Counted from the first letter of the stretch, positions 27,340-37,822 are shown. The stretch is 64,000 nt of DNA from an uncultured Gemmatimonadales bacterium (GCA_963798845.1 CAWCUS010000001.1:332999-396998), one strand, 5' to 3'. Program-made: numbers and translations. The notes: generated by a model from the letters alone, not told the origin.

Positions 27340-28629
27340 TGGGCCCCGCTACTCCGGGCCCATGGTACGTGGAGCGCGCCCGCAGCGCGCTGAGGGAGTT
27401 CGGGCTCACAGCCGGAACGCTGGGCACGACATTGGCGCAGACGGCCATGGTGGCGCTGCTCCCGATCCTGCTGGCGCGCTACACGAACTCGGCGGTCCTC
27501 ATCGGGTTCGCCATCGGCGGTGAGGGGATCGTGGCGATGCTCGTTCCCTACTGGGTCGGCGCGGCGAGCGACCACCTGTCGCCGCGGCTGGCGCAGCGCT
27601 TTGGCCGACGGACCTTCTTCCTCGTGGTCACCGCCCCGCTGATCGCCGCATCCGTGGTGGTGGCGCCTCTCCTGCACGGCTACTGGCCGATCGCCGGCGC
27701 CGCCTTCGTCTTCTTCTTCGCCCTGCACGGCTACCTCGCCCCCCTCTGGGCGCTGCTGGCCGACGAGGTCCCGCAGGAGCGGCGGGGCCGCGTGCAGGGC
27801 GTGCGCGGGGTGCTGCACGCCGTCGGGCTCGGCTTCGGACTGGTGGCCGGCGGGCTGCTCTTCGCCATTCTGGGAGCCGCTCCCGTTCGTGGTCGCGGCG
27901 GCGCTGGTGCTGGCCACCACGGCCATCACCTTCTATGCCGCACCGCGCTCGGCGACGGCCGCCCCAGCGGGGGACCCGTCGGATGTGCTGAAGGTCTGGC
28001 GTCGCCTCAGGGGTAGGCCGGCCGTGACCTGGATGCTGGTGGCGAACGCGCTCTGGACGAGCGGCGTGGACGGGATCCGCCCCTACATCTTCCTGTTCGC
28101 GACCGTTGTGCTGGGAATCACGGTCGCGCAGACGTCGCTTCTGCTCATCGTGGTGGTGGCGGGCGTAGGGCTCGGCGCACTCGCGCTGGGCTACCTGGGG
28201 GACAAGCTGGGGCATGCGAAGCTGCTGGCGGTCGGCGCCGCCATCACGGGGATCGCCATGGTCCTCGGCTTCTTCGTCCGCAGCTGGGTCCCGGCCGTGG
28301 GGCTGATGCTGTTCGCCGGCCTGGGCGCGGCGACCCAGGTCTCGCTGTCCTATCCGCTCTTCACCTCGCTCATCCCCGATCGCGCGGTCGGCCGCGACAC
28401 AGGGCTCTACATCGTGACCATCGGCGTGGGTCGTATCGTGGCGCCCGTGCTGATCGGCGCGGCCATCGACCTGGGACGCTCCACGCTCCCCGAGACGAGG
28501 GGCTATCCGTTCATGTGGCCCATCGCCGGCACGCTGACGCTGCTGGGCCTGGTGGCCCTCGCCCGGTCGATGCACCACTCGCGCCGCGCCGCTCGCCAGC
28601 GCGAGCACCCAGGAGGAACTGCCCGATGA
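27339..28629 (+). pseudogene. MFS transporter split by a 1-nt insertion near 27868 (pseudogene or sequencing error)
   Basis: N-half in the frame of ORF 26502..28016 (GAASDH...RFGRR, DEVPQERRGRVQG), C-half in ORF 27889..28629 (GYLGDKLG); deleting one T from gcc-attc-tgg restores ...LLFAI-WEPLPFVVAAALV... Confidence 0.8.
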
Positions 28630-29741
28630 GTCGAGGCACGAACGAAGACGAGCCGACTCGCCCTCCGCCTCCTCTGAGGGCCGCGGAGCGTCTGGACCCG
28701 GAGATCTTTCATCTGCCGGTGGAGCGGATGCGGAGCGGGTACTACTCGGACAAGTACTTCGTCCGCGCCCGGGAGGTGCTCCTCGCCGACGACTACGACC
28801 CCGTGGTCACGATGCAGGTGTTTCAGAAGAGGCCGGCGTGGCTGGGCGGGATGGACGAGGCGATCGCGATCCTGAAGCTGTGCCTGACCCGCGGGTACGA
28901 ATGGGCGGACCTCCTGGTGCGGGCGCTGCACGATGGGGACCGGATCGAGCCGTGGGAGACGGTGCTCGAGATCACCGGACCTTACGCCGCGTTCTCGCAC
29001 CTGGAGACGCTCTTCGTCGGGGTGCTGGCCCGGCGCACGAGCGTGGCCACCAACACCCGCAAGGTGGTGGAGGCGGCGTGGCCGAAGACCGTCATGTTCT
29101 TCCCGGCGCGTCACGACCACTGGCTGGTGCAGACCGGCGATGGCTACGCGGCCCACATAGCGGGGGCGATCGGCGTGTCCACGGACGCGCAGGCGTCGTG
29201 GTGGGGCTCGGAAGGGCTGGGTACGGTTCCGCACGCCCTGATCGCGGCCTACGCCGGCGACACGGTGCGCGCCACCGAAGCGTTCGCCCGCCACATGCCC
29301 GAGGACGTGCGCGTGATCTCGCTGGTGGACTTCGAGAACGATTCCGTCCGCACCTCCCTGGCGGTGGCCCGTGCACTGGGCAACCGACTCCACGGGGTGC
29401 GGCTGGACACGGCCGAGAGCATGGTGGATGAGTCAGTCCGGGGCGAGATGGGGGACTTCGACCCTCGTGGTGTGAACCCGCAGCTGGTCCGGAACGTCCG
29501 GGAGGCGCTGGACCGGGAGGGTTTCCAGCACGTGGAGATCGTGGCGTCCGGGGGATTCACCGCCGAGAAGATCCGCCACTTCGAGCGCCTGGGCGTCCCC
29601 GTGCAGAGCTACGGCGTGGGCTCGTCGCTTTTCAAGGAGCGCTTCGACTTCACGGCCGACGTGGTGCGGCTGGGGGGCGAGCCCATGGCGAAGGTGGGGC
29701 GGCGCTACCGTCCGAACCCGCGGCTGGAACGCGTCGCCTGA
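28626..29741 (+). CDS. Nicotinate phosphoribosyltransferase (short, QPRTase-like type)
   Basis: GYYSDKYF, FFPARHDH, GTVPHALIA, LVDFEND, GVRLDT, IVASGGF, YGVGS, DFTADVV. Confidence 0.85.
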   Translation: MSRGTNEDEPTRPPPPLRAAERLDPEIFHLPVERMRSGYYSDKYFVRAREVLLADDYDPVVTMQVFQKRPAWLGGMDEAIAILKLCLTRGYEWADLLVRALHDGDRIEPWETVLEITGPYAAFSHLETLFVGVLARRTSVATNTRKVVEAAWPKTVMFFPARHDHWLVQTGDGYAAHIAGAIGVSTDAQASWWGSEGLGTVPHALIAAYAGDTVRATEAFARHMPEDVRVISLVDFENDSVRTSLAVARALGNRLHGVRLDTAESMVDESVRGEMGDFDPRGVNPQLVRNVREALDREGFQHVEIVASGGFTAEKIRHFERLGVPVQSYGVGSSLFKERFDFTADVVRLGGEPMAKVGRRYRPNPRLERVA

Positions 29742-29839
29742 GAAGGCGGATCGATCCGCGACGGGATTCCCCGCGTGTCGCCGCGCACCCGCCAGCCGCA
29801 CCCGACCCGGTTTCCTTCCCTGGCGCAGTGGCGCGTCCG

Positions 29840-30916
29840 CTACCAGCGAGCGCGCCGACCCCGCACGTCGATGTGGATGAATGGGCCGTGGGCGCCGTTG
29901 TCGTGGTACACGCCGGCCCCCCCAACGAGTTCCGGGTGGCGCGCTTCGACGCGCTCGACGGCCCGGAGGATCACGCGGGCATCGGCGATGTCGCGCCGGC
30001 CGTCCCCGTTCAGGTCATCCATGTACCAATCGCCGTCGTTGTCGACCCAGACATCGGCGGCGTCGCCGTACTGGTGGCGGCTGAGCACCGCGCGTCCGTT
30101 CGACAGTCCCTTGCGATTGTACTGCGGAGTCCGGAACCCGCTCATGACCACCATGTGGCTCGCGGGGACGCCGCTTTCGTCCAGCCGTTCGAGGACGAGC
30201 TCGAGCTTCTCCAGGAGCCGCTCCTCCAGCGCGACGTACTTCGGCCACTCGCCGCCCTGGTCGTGCGTCAGGAACTCGCCGAGGGTGAAGTGGTCGCTGA
30301 GCCGGAGGCCCTCGTTCCCCGGAGTCACCCGGATGAAGCCGGACGGCGGCGCGTAGCGGTCCGTGCGCCCTTTCCCTTCCGTCGGCCATACGCCCATGAA
30401 GTAGCGGCCGACGTACCCCCCGTGCTTTTCCCCGAAAGGAACCCGGACCAGCAAGCGGAATTCACCGGAGAAGGCGCGGCGGGCGGCGCCATCGGTGAGC
30501 TCGAGCTCGTACACTCCGGGCTCGGAGGGGACCACCGCCCGGTCCTCCCCGTCCAGCGCTCCGCCGGTCCCGCTCCCATCGGTGTCGAACGCCGGGCGCC
30601 ACTGATAGCGGACGCCCACGGGGCGAGGCCCGTCCCAGTCCAGCGGCAGGGCCACGAGGGAGCCGGCCTCCACGATGCGGACCTGCAGCCGCCCGCTCGT
30701 GCCGTGCGCAGCGGCGTCCAGCCGCACCGCCAGCGCCCCGGAGCCGGCCGGTCTGGGGCCGTGTCGGCCGGTCGCAGACCGGGCGGGTCCGTCGGCGCGA
30801 GCGGTAGTGGAAGGACCGTCGTTCGCCATGGACGGCGTCCATGCCGTGGCGGCGCCGGCCGCCGTCAGGGCGAGCGCGGCTGCGAGCGGACGAAGGGCGC
30901 GCGCGGTTGCGGGCAT
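29840..30916 (-). CDS. Peptidase M15-family (D-Ala-D-Ala metallopeptidase-like) secreted protein
   Basis: LSDHFTLGEF, MSGFRTPQYN, SRHQYGDAAD, GGAGVY, FIHIDVRG. Confidence 0.85.
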   Translation of the reverse strand: MPATARALRPLAAALALTAAGAATAWTPSMANDGPSTTARADGPARSATGRHGPRPAGSGALAVRLDAAAHGTSGRLQVRIVEAGSLVALPLDWDGPRPVGVRYQWRPAFDTDGSGTGGALDGEDRAVVPSEPGVYELELTDGAARRAFSGEFRLLVRVPFGEKHGGYVGRYFMGVWPTEGKGRTDRYAPPSGFIRVTPGNEGLRLSDHFTLGEFLTHDQGGEWPKYVALEERLLEKLELVLERLDESGVPASHMVVMSGFRTPQYNRKGLSNGRAVLSRHQYGDAADVWVDNDGDWYMDDLNGDGRRDIADARVILRAVERVEARHPELVGGAGVYHDNGAHGPFIHIDVRGRRARW

Positions 30917-30961
30917 CGCATCTCCTTTCTGCGGTCGAGCGGTGCCGAGGCCAACCCGGCC

Positions 30962-32080
30962 TCAGCTGCTGGAGGTGATCTCGAGCAGGTCGAGCACCGG
31001 CGCCGCCGTGAGTGCGGAGCTGGCGGTGCGGACCCGCGCGAGGATCCGGAGCCGCTGGAGCGGCTCCAACTTCTTCACTTCTTCCAGGCGGTCGGGTGGG
31101 ACCGCCACGTAGACGAAGCCGGCGTCGTCGCCCGGAATGCGGGCGAGGATGAACGGCTCGCCTTCCACGAAATCGCGCCGGAAGGCCTCCGCCGTCTGCA
31201 GCGCGATGAACTGCACTGTCCATTGTACCAGCGAGCCACGATATCGGTCCGGGTCGGCCTGAAGGGTGGCCACGTCAATGGTGAGCGCGGGGCCGGCGCC
31301 GGCGGTGTCGCCGGGCGCGAGGGCCGACTCGAGCACCCAGCCCTCGACGCGCACGCGGGCCCACCTTCCCTGCCGGGCGGTCACTTCCACCGTGCCCCGC
31401 GGCCGGACGGTGGCCAGCGTGTCGCCGGACGGGTTTTGGAGCACGGCCACCGACCGGCTGCCGGTCCGAACGAAGCCGACGACCCTGCTGGCCGCTCCGG
31501 CGGCGCCATCCTGGTTCTCGTCGTCCGGCTGCCCCGGCGCGGGGGAGGTCGCCCGGGGGCGGGGGCCGGCGGTAGCTGCGGCCGCCGCACCGGTGTCCAC
31601 CGTGCGTTCGGGCGGGCGGGACGGAGCCTTGGCCGACGGCGCGCTGGCCGCAGCAATGCGCAGCGACGGCTCCCAGATCCAGCCGGCTCGCCGGACGCGG
31701 ATCCAGCGCCCGTCCTCCTCCACCCGATCGAGGCGCATCCCTTCGTGGAGGCGCGCGACGATCCGTCCGTTGCGCGTGGCCCGCAGGTTCTCGCCGCCGT
31801 CCGCCGAAACGACCAGGTCGTGGCCGGCGGCGGGCTCGCGGCGTACCGATGCGGCCCAGATCCAACCCTCCAGGGTGCCGGCGCGCCAGCGCGACTGGCG
31901 TTCGCCCACCGAGAGCTCCGCGCCCTTGCGAAGGGTGGCGAGAACGGCGGCCGATGGGGCCGCGCGGAAGTTCTCGCTGTCGGGGAGCACGGCGGCCGTC
32001 TGGCCGGCCGTGCCTGCGGCCGTCCCCAGGAGGACTGAGGCAGCGAGCACTGCCGGGGCGAACGGTCCGCAGGTCACCAC
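30962..32080 (-). CDS. Secreted protein with about 3 SH3-like repeats and a C-terminal beta domain
   Basis: Repeated ENFRAAP...LATL...W.....EGWIW, ENLRAT...WIRVRRAGWIW, GDTLATV...WARVRVEGWV; start uncertain (32080-32155). Confidence 0.72.
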   Translation of the reverse strand: MVTCGPFAPAVLAASVLLGTAAGTAGQTAAVLPDSENFRAAPSAAVLATLRKGAELSVGERQSRWRAGTLEGWIWAASVRREPAAGHDLVVSADGGENLRATRNGRIVARLHEGMRLDRVEEDGRWIRVRRAGWIWEPSLRIAAASAPSAKAPSRPPERTVDTGAAAAATAGPRPRATSPAPGQPDDENQDGAAGAASRVVGFVRTGSRSVAVLQNPSGDTLATVRPRGTVEVTARQGRWARVRVEGWVLESALAPGDTAGAGPALTIDVATLQADPDRYRGSLVQWTVQFIALQTAEAFRRDFVEGEPFILARIPGDDAGFVYVAVPPDRLEEVKKLEPLQRLRILARVRTASSALTAAPVLDLLEITSSS

Positions 32081-32227
32081 GTCGGCCAAGCCTCTGTGAT
32101 CCAGGTATTTAGAGGGTGAAAGTGGAAGGGTATGACGCCCGGACCGGACCGTCAACGCGTGAGCGGCCCTTCGCTTGCGTCCCCCCGGGGCCGATCCTAG
32201 CTTCCGCGCACCGTTGCACGCGGCCGG

Positions 32228-32989
32228 ATGAGCCGCTTTCCCGGAGCCGAGCCGATTTCCGTGAGCATGCGCTGGACCCTTGCCGCCGCCACAGCAGTGG
32301 CGAGTCTCGCTTCCGCCGCCGCACCGACGGCGGCACAGACCATCCCGTCTCCGTACGACTTCGTCGAGTCATCACAGAGCGTCCAGCTCTACGGGACGTA
32401 CATCTCCGCCGACCAGGGCACGATCGGAACCGGCCCTGCCTCGGGCCCGGCGGCGGCGTTGGGGTACACGTTGCGGATCAGCGGGCCGTTCGAGCTGGAT
32501 ACCCGGCTCACCTACTTCCCCACGACGCGCCCGGTCTACGACCTTGCGGAGCCCGCGCCGGACACGGCCACGCTGCGCGCCGACCCGACGGCCGGTCTGG
32601 AAAGTCTGGGCACGGCCGACCTGACGCTCCTCATGCTGGACGCGTCGCTGCGCTTCGATCTCACGGGCCCCCGCACATGGCACCGGCTCCAGCCGTTCGC
32701 GCTCATCGGCGTGGGCGGCGTGGTGAAGGCGAGCAGCAACAACGCGGTGGAGGAGAACCTGCCCACCGACGTGGACCTGCGCGTGCGGTTCCACGACGGC
32801 TTCACCGGCCACGTCGGCGCCGGCGTCGAGTGGCACGCGAGCGACCACCTCAGCTTGCGCTTCGACGCCCGCGACCTCCTGTGGAAGCTCCACATCCCGC
32901 AGGGCTTCATCAACCAGGGGCGCCTCATCAGCTCGGAGGAGTGGGTGCAGACCGGTCAGCTGAACCTGGGACTGGCGCTCCGCTTCTGA
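32228..32989 (+). CDS. Outer-membrane beta-barrel protein (OmpA/OMP_b-brl-like)
   Basis: Signal peptide, alternating strands (LQPFALIGVGG, GHVGAGVEW, LSLRFDARD), C-terminal LNLGLALRF. Confidence 0.82.
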   Translation: MSRFPGAEPISVSMRWTLAAATAVASLASAAAPTAAQTIPSPYDFVESSQSVQLYGTYISADQGTIGTGPASGPAAALGYTLRISGPFELDTRLTYFPTTRPVYDLAEPAPDTATLRADPTAGLESLGTADLTLLMLDASLRFDLTGPRTWHRLQPFALIGVGGVVKASSNNAVEENLPTDVDLRVRFHDGFTGHVGAGVEWHASDHLSLRFDARDLLWKLHIPQGFINQGRLISSEEWVQTGQLNLGLALRF

Positions 32990-33161
32990 CGGGAACACCC
33001 GGGGGCGCGACGAGCCGGCGCCGGCCCAGTCCTCCTTCCCCGTCCCCCGGCCTCCACGGGGCCGCCGAATGGCCGGACCTGCACAGCCGGACGCCGCACG
33101 CCTCGCCCCGGCACCGCCGTTGCGTCATTCCCCGTTCGAACCACCGAACGGAGGCAATGCC

Positions 33162-33647
33162 ATGACGCGGGACTACGAAGGCGCGATCAACCTGGACCAG
33201 ATGACGGACGAGGACGTGTGCGACCTGGTTCGGCAGCGGCTGGGCGAGGACGAGGAGTTCGACGCCGACAACGTCGAGGTGTCCATGTCCGGAGGCCGCG
33301 TGGTGGTGGACGGGCGGGTTGGAACGGAGGGGGAGCGGCAGTACGTGGACCAGACGCTGAGCGCCCTCGGAGCCACCGACTTCGACAACAACGTGGTGGT
33401 GGACGAGACGCGCCGGGCCGAGCGGTCCGAAGCGGCGGACATCGCCCGCATGGAGGACGACGCGAACCAGGCTCCGCTCGGCGAGTCCGCAAAACGGACC
33501 ACGGACAGCGCGGACCACCGCCTCGACCAGGACAGCGACGAGCTGTACGGGACGCAGGACTTGAAGAAGGCCATCGAGGAAGGCGACACCTACGTCCCGC
33601 CCACCGGTCCGGTACAGGAGGGGATCCGCGGCGACGAGAACCACTAG
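33162..33647 (+). CDS. Acidic BON-domain protein
   Basis: GGAGG RBS; TDED...VRQRL....FDADNVEVS..GGRVVVDGRV. Confidence 0.78.
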   Translation: MTRDYEGAINLDQMTDEDVCDLVRQRLGEDEEFDADNVEVSMSGGRVVVDGRVGTEGERQYVDQTLSALGATDFDNNVVVDETRRAERSEAADIARMEDDANQAPLGESAKRTTDSADHRLDQDSDELYGTQDLKKAIEEGDTYVPPTGPVQEGIRGDENH

Positions 33648-33726
33648 TCGACCGCGTGCTCCCGCCGGTGTCCCCGGGATGCCGCCACCTTGCGCGCTCC
33701 CGGGGCGGCCGTGACAATTCGCGGGA

Positions 33727-34536
33727 GTGATGAACCGCGCCCTCGTTCTCGCCCTCGTCCTCGTCTCCGCATGCGCCGGCCCCGCCGCCCGGCGGGATCG
33801 CGTCCTGCTGATCACCACGACCACCATCCAGGGGTCGGGGCTGCTGGACCGGCTGGTGGAGGCGTACAACGCGTCCCAGGACCGCTATCGCGTATCCGCG
33901 ACGGCGGTGGGGAGCGGGGCGGCGCTCGCCATGGCGAGGCGGGGGGACGCCGATCTCCTGATCACGCATTATCCGGAGGGCGAGGCCGCGTTCATGGCTG
34001 ACGGCCTGGGACAGGAGCAGGGCGCTTTCATGCGCAACGAGTTCATCCTGGCCGGACCCACGTCCGACCCGGCGGGGATCCGCGGTGACGCGGACCTCGG
34101 CCAGGCTCTGGACCGGATCGCCCGGACGGAATCCCGCTTCGTGTCGCGTGCGGACGATTCCGGGACGCACCACCAGGAGATGAAGCTCTGGTCCGGCATC
34201 GGGCGCTCGCCCTGGACGTCGCCGCCGAAGTGGTACGTCCAGTCGGGGTCCGGGATGGCCGAGACGCTGCGGGTGGCGGACGAGCTGGGCGCGTACGTGC
34301 TCACCGACGTGGCCACGTTTCGGCACCTGCGGCGGACGCTCGGGCTCGAATCCCTGGCGATCGGCGACCCGCCCGTGGGCAATCCGTACCAGTACACGCT
34401 CCCGAAGCGGCCGATGAACCCCGAGGGTGCCCGCGACCTGCTGCGCTGGCTGCTCGGCCCGGGCCAGGACGTGGTCGCCAGCTACGGCACCGAGGAGAAC
34501 GGCGAGCCGCTCTTCCACCCCGCCCGCCCCCGCTGA
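33727..34536 (+). CDS. tupA: Tungstate ABC transporter substrate-binding lipoprotein
   Basis: Lipobox LVSAC; TTTTIQGSGLL, AVGSGAAL.MARRGDADLLITH, FVSRADDSGTH..E, GSGM.ETL, Y.LTD.ATF, NPY. Confidence 0.85.
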   Translation: MMNRALVLALVLVSACAGPAARRDRVLLITTTTIQGSGLLDRLVEAYNASQDRYRVSATAVGSGAALAMARRGDADLLITHYPEGEAAFMADGLGQEQGAFMRNEFILAGPTSDPAGIRGDADLGQALDRIARTESRFVSRADDSGTHHQEMKLWSGIGRSPWTSPPKWYVQSGSGMAETLRVADELGAYVLTDVATFRHLRRTLGLESLAIGDPPVGNPYQYTLPKRPMNPEGARDLLRWLLGPGQDVVASYGTEENGEPLFHPARPR

Positions 34537-34538
34537 CC

Positions 34539-35264
34539 GTGGACCTGATCCGCGACGCGCTCGTGGAAGCGGTCCGGATGCTGTTCTCCCTGGACGGCTA
34601 CGTGGTCCGGATCGTCTGGCGCTCGATCCAGGTCTCCGGCAGCGCCATGGTCGTGGCCGTGGCCGCCGGCATCCCGGTGGGGGTTCTCCTCGGAGTCTCG
34701 CGGTTCCGCGGCCGCTCTCTCCTCGTCTCCGTGGTCTACACCGGGTTCGCGCTCCCGCCCGTGGTGATCGGGCTGTTCGTCTACCTGCTCCTTTCGCGGC
34801 AGGGCCCGCTGGGCGGGGCGGAGCTGCTGTTCCGGCCCTCCGCCATGATCGCCGCGCAGGCGCTCCTCGCCGCCCCCTACGTGGCGGGTGTGACGCTCGC
34901 GGCGGTGCAGGCCGTCCCGCCCGACATCCGTCTCCAGGCCCGCGCGCTGGGGGCCTCGCGTGCGCGAGCCCTCTGGATGCAGGTGCGAGAGGCAAGGCTG
35001 GGCGTGCTGGCCGCCGTGATCGCCGGCTTCGGCGCCGTGATCTCGGAAGTGGGCGCCGCCATGATGGTGGGCGGGAACATCGCCGGCGAAACGCGCGTCC
35101 TGACCACGGCCATAGTGCTCGAGACGGAGCGCGGGCACTTCGCCACGGCCATGGCGCTGGGCATCATCCTGCTGGCCATCGTTCTGGTCGTGAACGTGCT
35201 CCTGACGCGCGTGCAGCAGGGCCGCGGGTGGCGGGAAGCGGCGTCGGAGCGGCCGTGGGCATGA
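34539..35264 (+). CDS. tupB: Tungstate ABC transporter permease
   Basis: LPPVVIGL.VYLLLSR.GPLG, AGFGAVISEVGAAMMVGGNI.G.TRVLTTAIVLET..G. Confidence 0.9.
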   Translation: MDLIRDALVEAVRMLFSLDGYVVRIVWRSIQVSGSAMVVAVAAGIPVGVLLGVSRFRGRSLLVSVVYTGFALPPVVIGLFVYLLLSRQGPLGGAELLFRPSAMIAAQALLAAPYVAGVTLAAVQAVPPDIRLQARALGASRARALWMQVREARLGVLAAVIAGFGAVISEVGAAMMVGGNIAGETRVLTTAIVLETERGHFATAMALGIILLAIVLVVNVLLTRVQQGRGWREAASERPWA

Positions 35265-36412
35265 GCGATGTCGCCGATCTCGGCGGTGCGGCCCCCCCGG
35301 GCTCCGTGGCCCCGCCGCTCCTCGAGGCGGAGCACCTGGTCCGGCGCTACGGCGGCCGCGCCGTGGTCGACGTGGAGCGGCTGGCCGTCCATGCGGGGGA
35401 AATCCTGGCGGTGCTGGGCCCGAACGGCGCCGGCAAGTCCACACTGTTCCGCCTCCTCCTCCTGCTGGAGTCGCCCGACGCCGGCGAGATCCGCGTGGGG
35501 GGGCGCGCGGCGGGGCGACGGGACGAGGAGTCCCGGCGTCGCCTGGCCGGCGTGTTCCAGCGGCCGCAGCTGTTCACCGGGAGCGTCCGCGCCAACGTAC
35601 GTTTCGGTCTGGCCGCGACGGGGGTGCCCCGAGCCCGGCGTGACGAGCGCGTGGATCGGATGGCGGCCGAGCTGGGTCTGTCGGCGCTCCTGGACGAGGA
35701 CACGCGCCGGCTGTCCGGCGGCGAGGCGCAGCGGGTGGCGCTCGCCCGGGCGCTGGTGCTCGAGGCGGACGTCCTCCTCCTGGACGAGCCCACGGCCAAC
35801 CTGGACGTGACCGTCCGACGCCGCTTCCGCGAAGAGCTCGGCCGGCTCCTGCGACACCGTGCCGGGGCCGTGGTCCTCATCACCCACGACCCCGCGGACG
35901 CGTTCGACCTGGCCGACCGCGTGGCCGTGATGGAGGCGGGGCGGGTGGTGCAGGTGGGGACCCCCGAGGACCTGACCACGGAGCCGGCGACGCCCTTCGT
36001 CGCCGCTTTCACCGGCGCGGAGCTGCTTCTGGACGGGCGGGTGGAGGGCATGGGCGAGGGCACGCTGGACGTGCGCGTGGGCGAGACGCGGCTGGTGGTG
36101 CGCTCCCCGGAGGGGCACCTCCGGCCAGGCGACCCCGTGCACGTTCGCTACCGCCCGGAGGACGTGGTCCTCGCCCCGGTCGAGGCGACGGGCCCCAGCA
36201 GCGCCCGCAACCGCCTGCGCATGCGGGTGAGCGCCACGTCACCGGCAGGAGGAATGGTCCGCGTGCGGCTCGAAGGCCCGCTCACGCTGGCGTCGCTCAT
36301 CACCCGCGGCAGCGCGGAGCGTCTCGGGATCACGCCGGGCGCCGAAGTGACGGCGCTGCTGAAGACCGCGGCGCTCAACGTATTCCTCCCCGACGAGAGC
36401 CACGGCGGTTGA
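35261..36412 (+). CDS. tupC: Tungstate/molybdate ABC ATPase with C-terminal TOBE domains
   Basis: GPNGAGKST, LSGGEAQRVALARAL, LLLDEPTANLD; SSARN.L and ITRGSAERLGI.PG.EV.A..K (TOBE/Mop). Confidence 0.85.
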   Translation: MSDVADLGGAAPPGSVAPPLLEAEHLVRRYGGRAVVDVERLAVHAGEILAVLGPNGAGKSTLFRLLLLLESPDAGEIRVGGRAAGRRDEESRRRLAGVFQRPQLFTGSVRANVRFGLAATGVPRARRDERVDRMAAELGLSALLDEDTRRLSGGEAQRVALARALVLEADVLLLDEPTANLDVTVRRRFREELGRLLRHRAGAVVLITHDPADAFDLADRVAVMEAGRVVQVGTPEDLTTEPATPFVAAFTGAELLLDGRVEGMGEGTLDVRVGETRLVVRSPEGHLRPGDPVHVRYRPEDVVLAPVEATGPSSARNRLRMRVSATSPAGGMVRVRLEGPLTLASLITRGSAERLGITPGAEVTALLKTAALNVFLPDESHGG

Positions 36413-36443
36413 GGCGACCCGCCCCTCGCCTATATTCCGGCGC

Positions 36444-37175
36444 ATGCCCCGCGAAGTGACGGCCGTCCCCGAAGAGCCTGTGCGTCTGACCGTGAACGGC
36501 GACATCGTCGCCGCCTGGAGCTGCTCGCCCAATGCGCTGGAAGCCCTCGGCGCAGGCCGCCTCCTCTCCCTCGGCTTCGTACGCGCGCGCGATGACATCG
36601 TATCGTTGCGCGTGCCCCCTGCCGACACCGGCGTGCTGCGCATCGACGCGGAGGTGGCGGTCGAGCGCGCGGTCGGCGCGCGCGAGGAGCGGGAGCACCG
36701 CCGCATACACGGGTGTGGGCTCCGCTTCCTCCTCGAATGTCGGCCGGACCTCCTCCCGCGCCCCGACCGATCCGGGTCGGCGCCACCCGGGGGCGACGCC
36801 GCCGCCGCGCTGTTCCGCGACCTCATGGATCGGTCGCCCAGCCGGCGAGGGGCGGGCGGCCACCACACCGCGGCGGTGAGCGACGGCGAGCGGCTGCGGT
36901 ACGTGCACGAGGAGGTCGGGCGCCACAACGCCGCGGACAAGGCGATCGGCGCGGCGCTCCTCGACGGCGTCGCCCTGGAGAGGCTCGGTCTGGTCACGAG
37001 CGCCCGGATCAGCGGCGAGATGGCGGAGAAGGCCGCGCGGGCGGGACTCGCCTGGGTGGCCAGCCGCTCGGTGCCCACGACGCTGGCCGTGGCCATTGCC
37101 TCGGCGGCCGGGCTGCCCCTGCTGGCCCGGGCGACGTCGCCCGACGCGCGACTGTTCGCGCCGGAGCGGTCGTGA
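36444..37175 (+). CDS. fdhD: Formate dehydrogenase accessory sulfurtransferase-like protein
   Basis: EEPVRLTVNG, CSP..LE.L..G.L, GGHHTAA, EEVGRHNAADK.IG, SARIS.EM..KA, SRSVPT.LA. Confidence 0.85.
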   Translation: MPREVTAVPEEPVRLTVNGDIVAAWSCSPNALEALGAGRLLSLGFVRARDDIVSLRVPPADTGVLRIDAEVAVERAVGAREEREHRRIHGCGLRFLLECRPDLLPRPDRSGSAPPGGDAAAALFRDLMDRSPSRRGAGGHHTAAVSDGERLRYVHEEVGRHNAADKAIGAALLDGVALERLGLVTSARISGEMAEKAARAGLAWVASRSVPTTLAVAIASAAGLPLLARATSPDARLFAPERS

Positions 37176-37822
37176 GCCCGTTCGGCGCCATTCTGGCAGG
37201 CGGGGAGAGCAGCCGTTATGGCTCGCCAAAGGCGCTCGCCCGCGTGGGTGGCGTCCGCATCATCGAGCGCGTGGCCGGGGCGCTGCGCGTCGTCACGACC
37301 GACCTCGTGCTGCTGGCCAACGAGCCGGCGCTCTTCGACGACCTGCGGCTCCCGACCCGCCGCGATCTGCACCCTGGCCTCGGCGCGCTGGGCGGAATCC
37401 ATACCGCTCTGGCGTGGGCCCGGGAAGCCGGCCGGCCGGGTGTCCTGGCCGTGGCGTGCGACATGCCCTTCCCCTCCTCCCCCCTGCTCCGCCGCCTCGC
37501 GGAGCTGGCTTTCGGCGAGGAAGATGGGCCGCCGGAAGGCGCGCCTCGACCAGAGGCGCCCGACGTGGTCGTGCCGGAAAGCCCCGGGCGCCGGGGGATC
37601 GAGCCGCTGTTCGCCGCGTATGGCGTGCGCTGCCTGGACGCCATCGAAGCGCGCATCGCCGCGGGCGACCACCGCATGATCGGGTTCCACGCCGACGTCC
37701 GCGTCCGCCGGATCGCGCTCGCGGAGGTGGAGGCCATGGGCGACCCGGCCCGGATGTTCCTGAACGTGAACACGCCCGCGGAGCGGGAGCGGGCGGAGCG
37801 CATGGAGGAGGAGCGGGAATGA
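37172..37822 (+). CDS. mobA: Molybdenum cofactor guanylyltransferase
   Basis: GAILAGGESSRYGSPKA, GALGGIHTAL, VACDMPF, EPLFAAY, FLNVNTP. Confidence 0.92.
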   Translation: MSPFGAILAGGESSRYGSPKALARVGGVRIIERVAGALRVVTTDLVLLANEPALFDDLRLPTRRDLHPGLGALGGIHTALAWAREAGRPGVLAVACDMPFPSSPLLRRLAELAFGEEDGPPEGAPRPEAPDVVVPESPGRRGIEPLFAAYGVRCLDAIEARIAAGDHRMIGFHADVRVRRIALAEVEAMGDPARMFLNVNTPAERERAERMEEERE

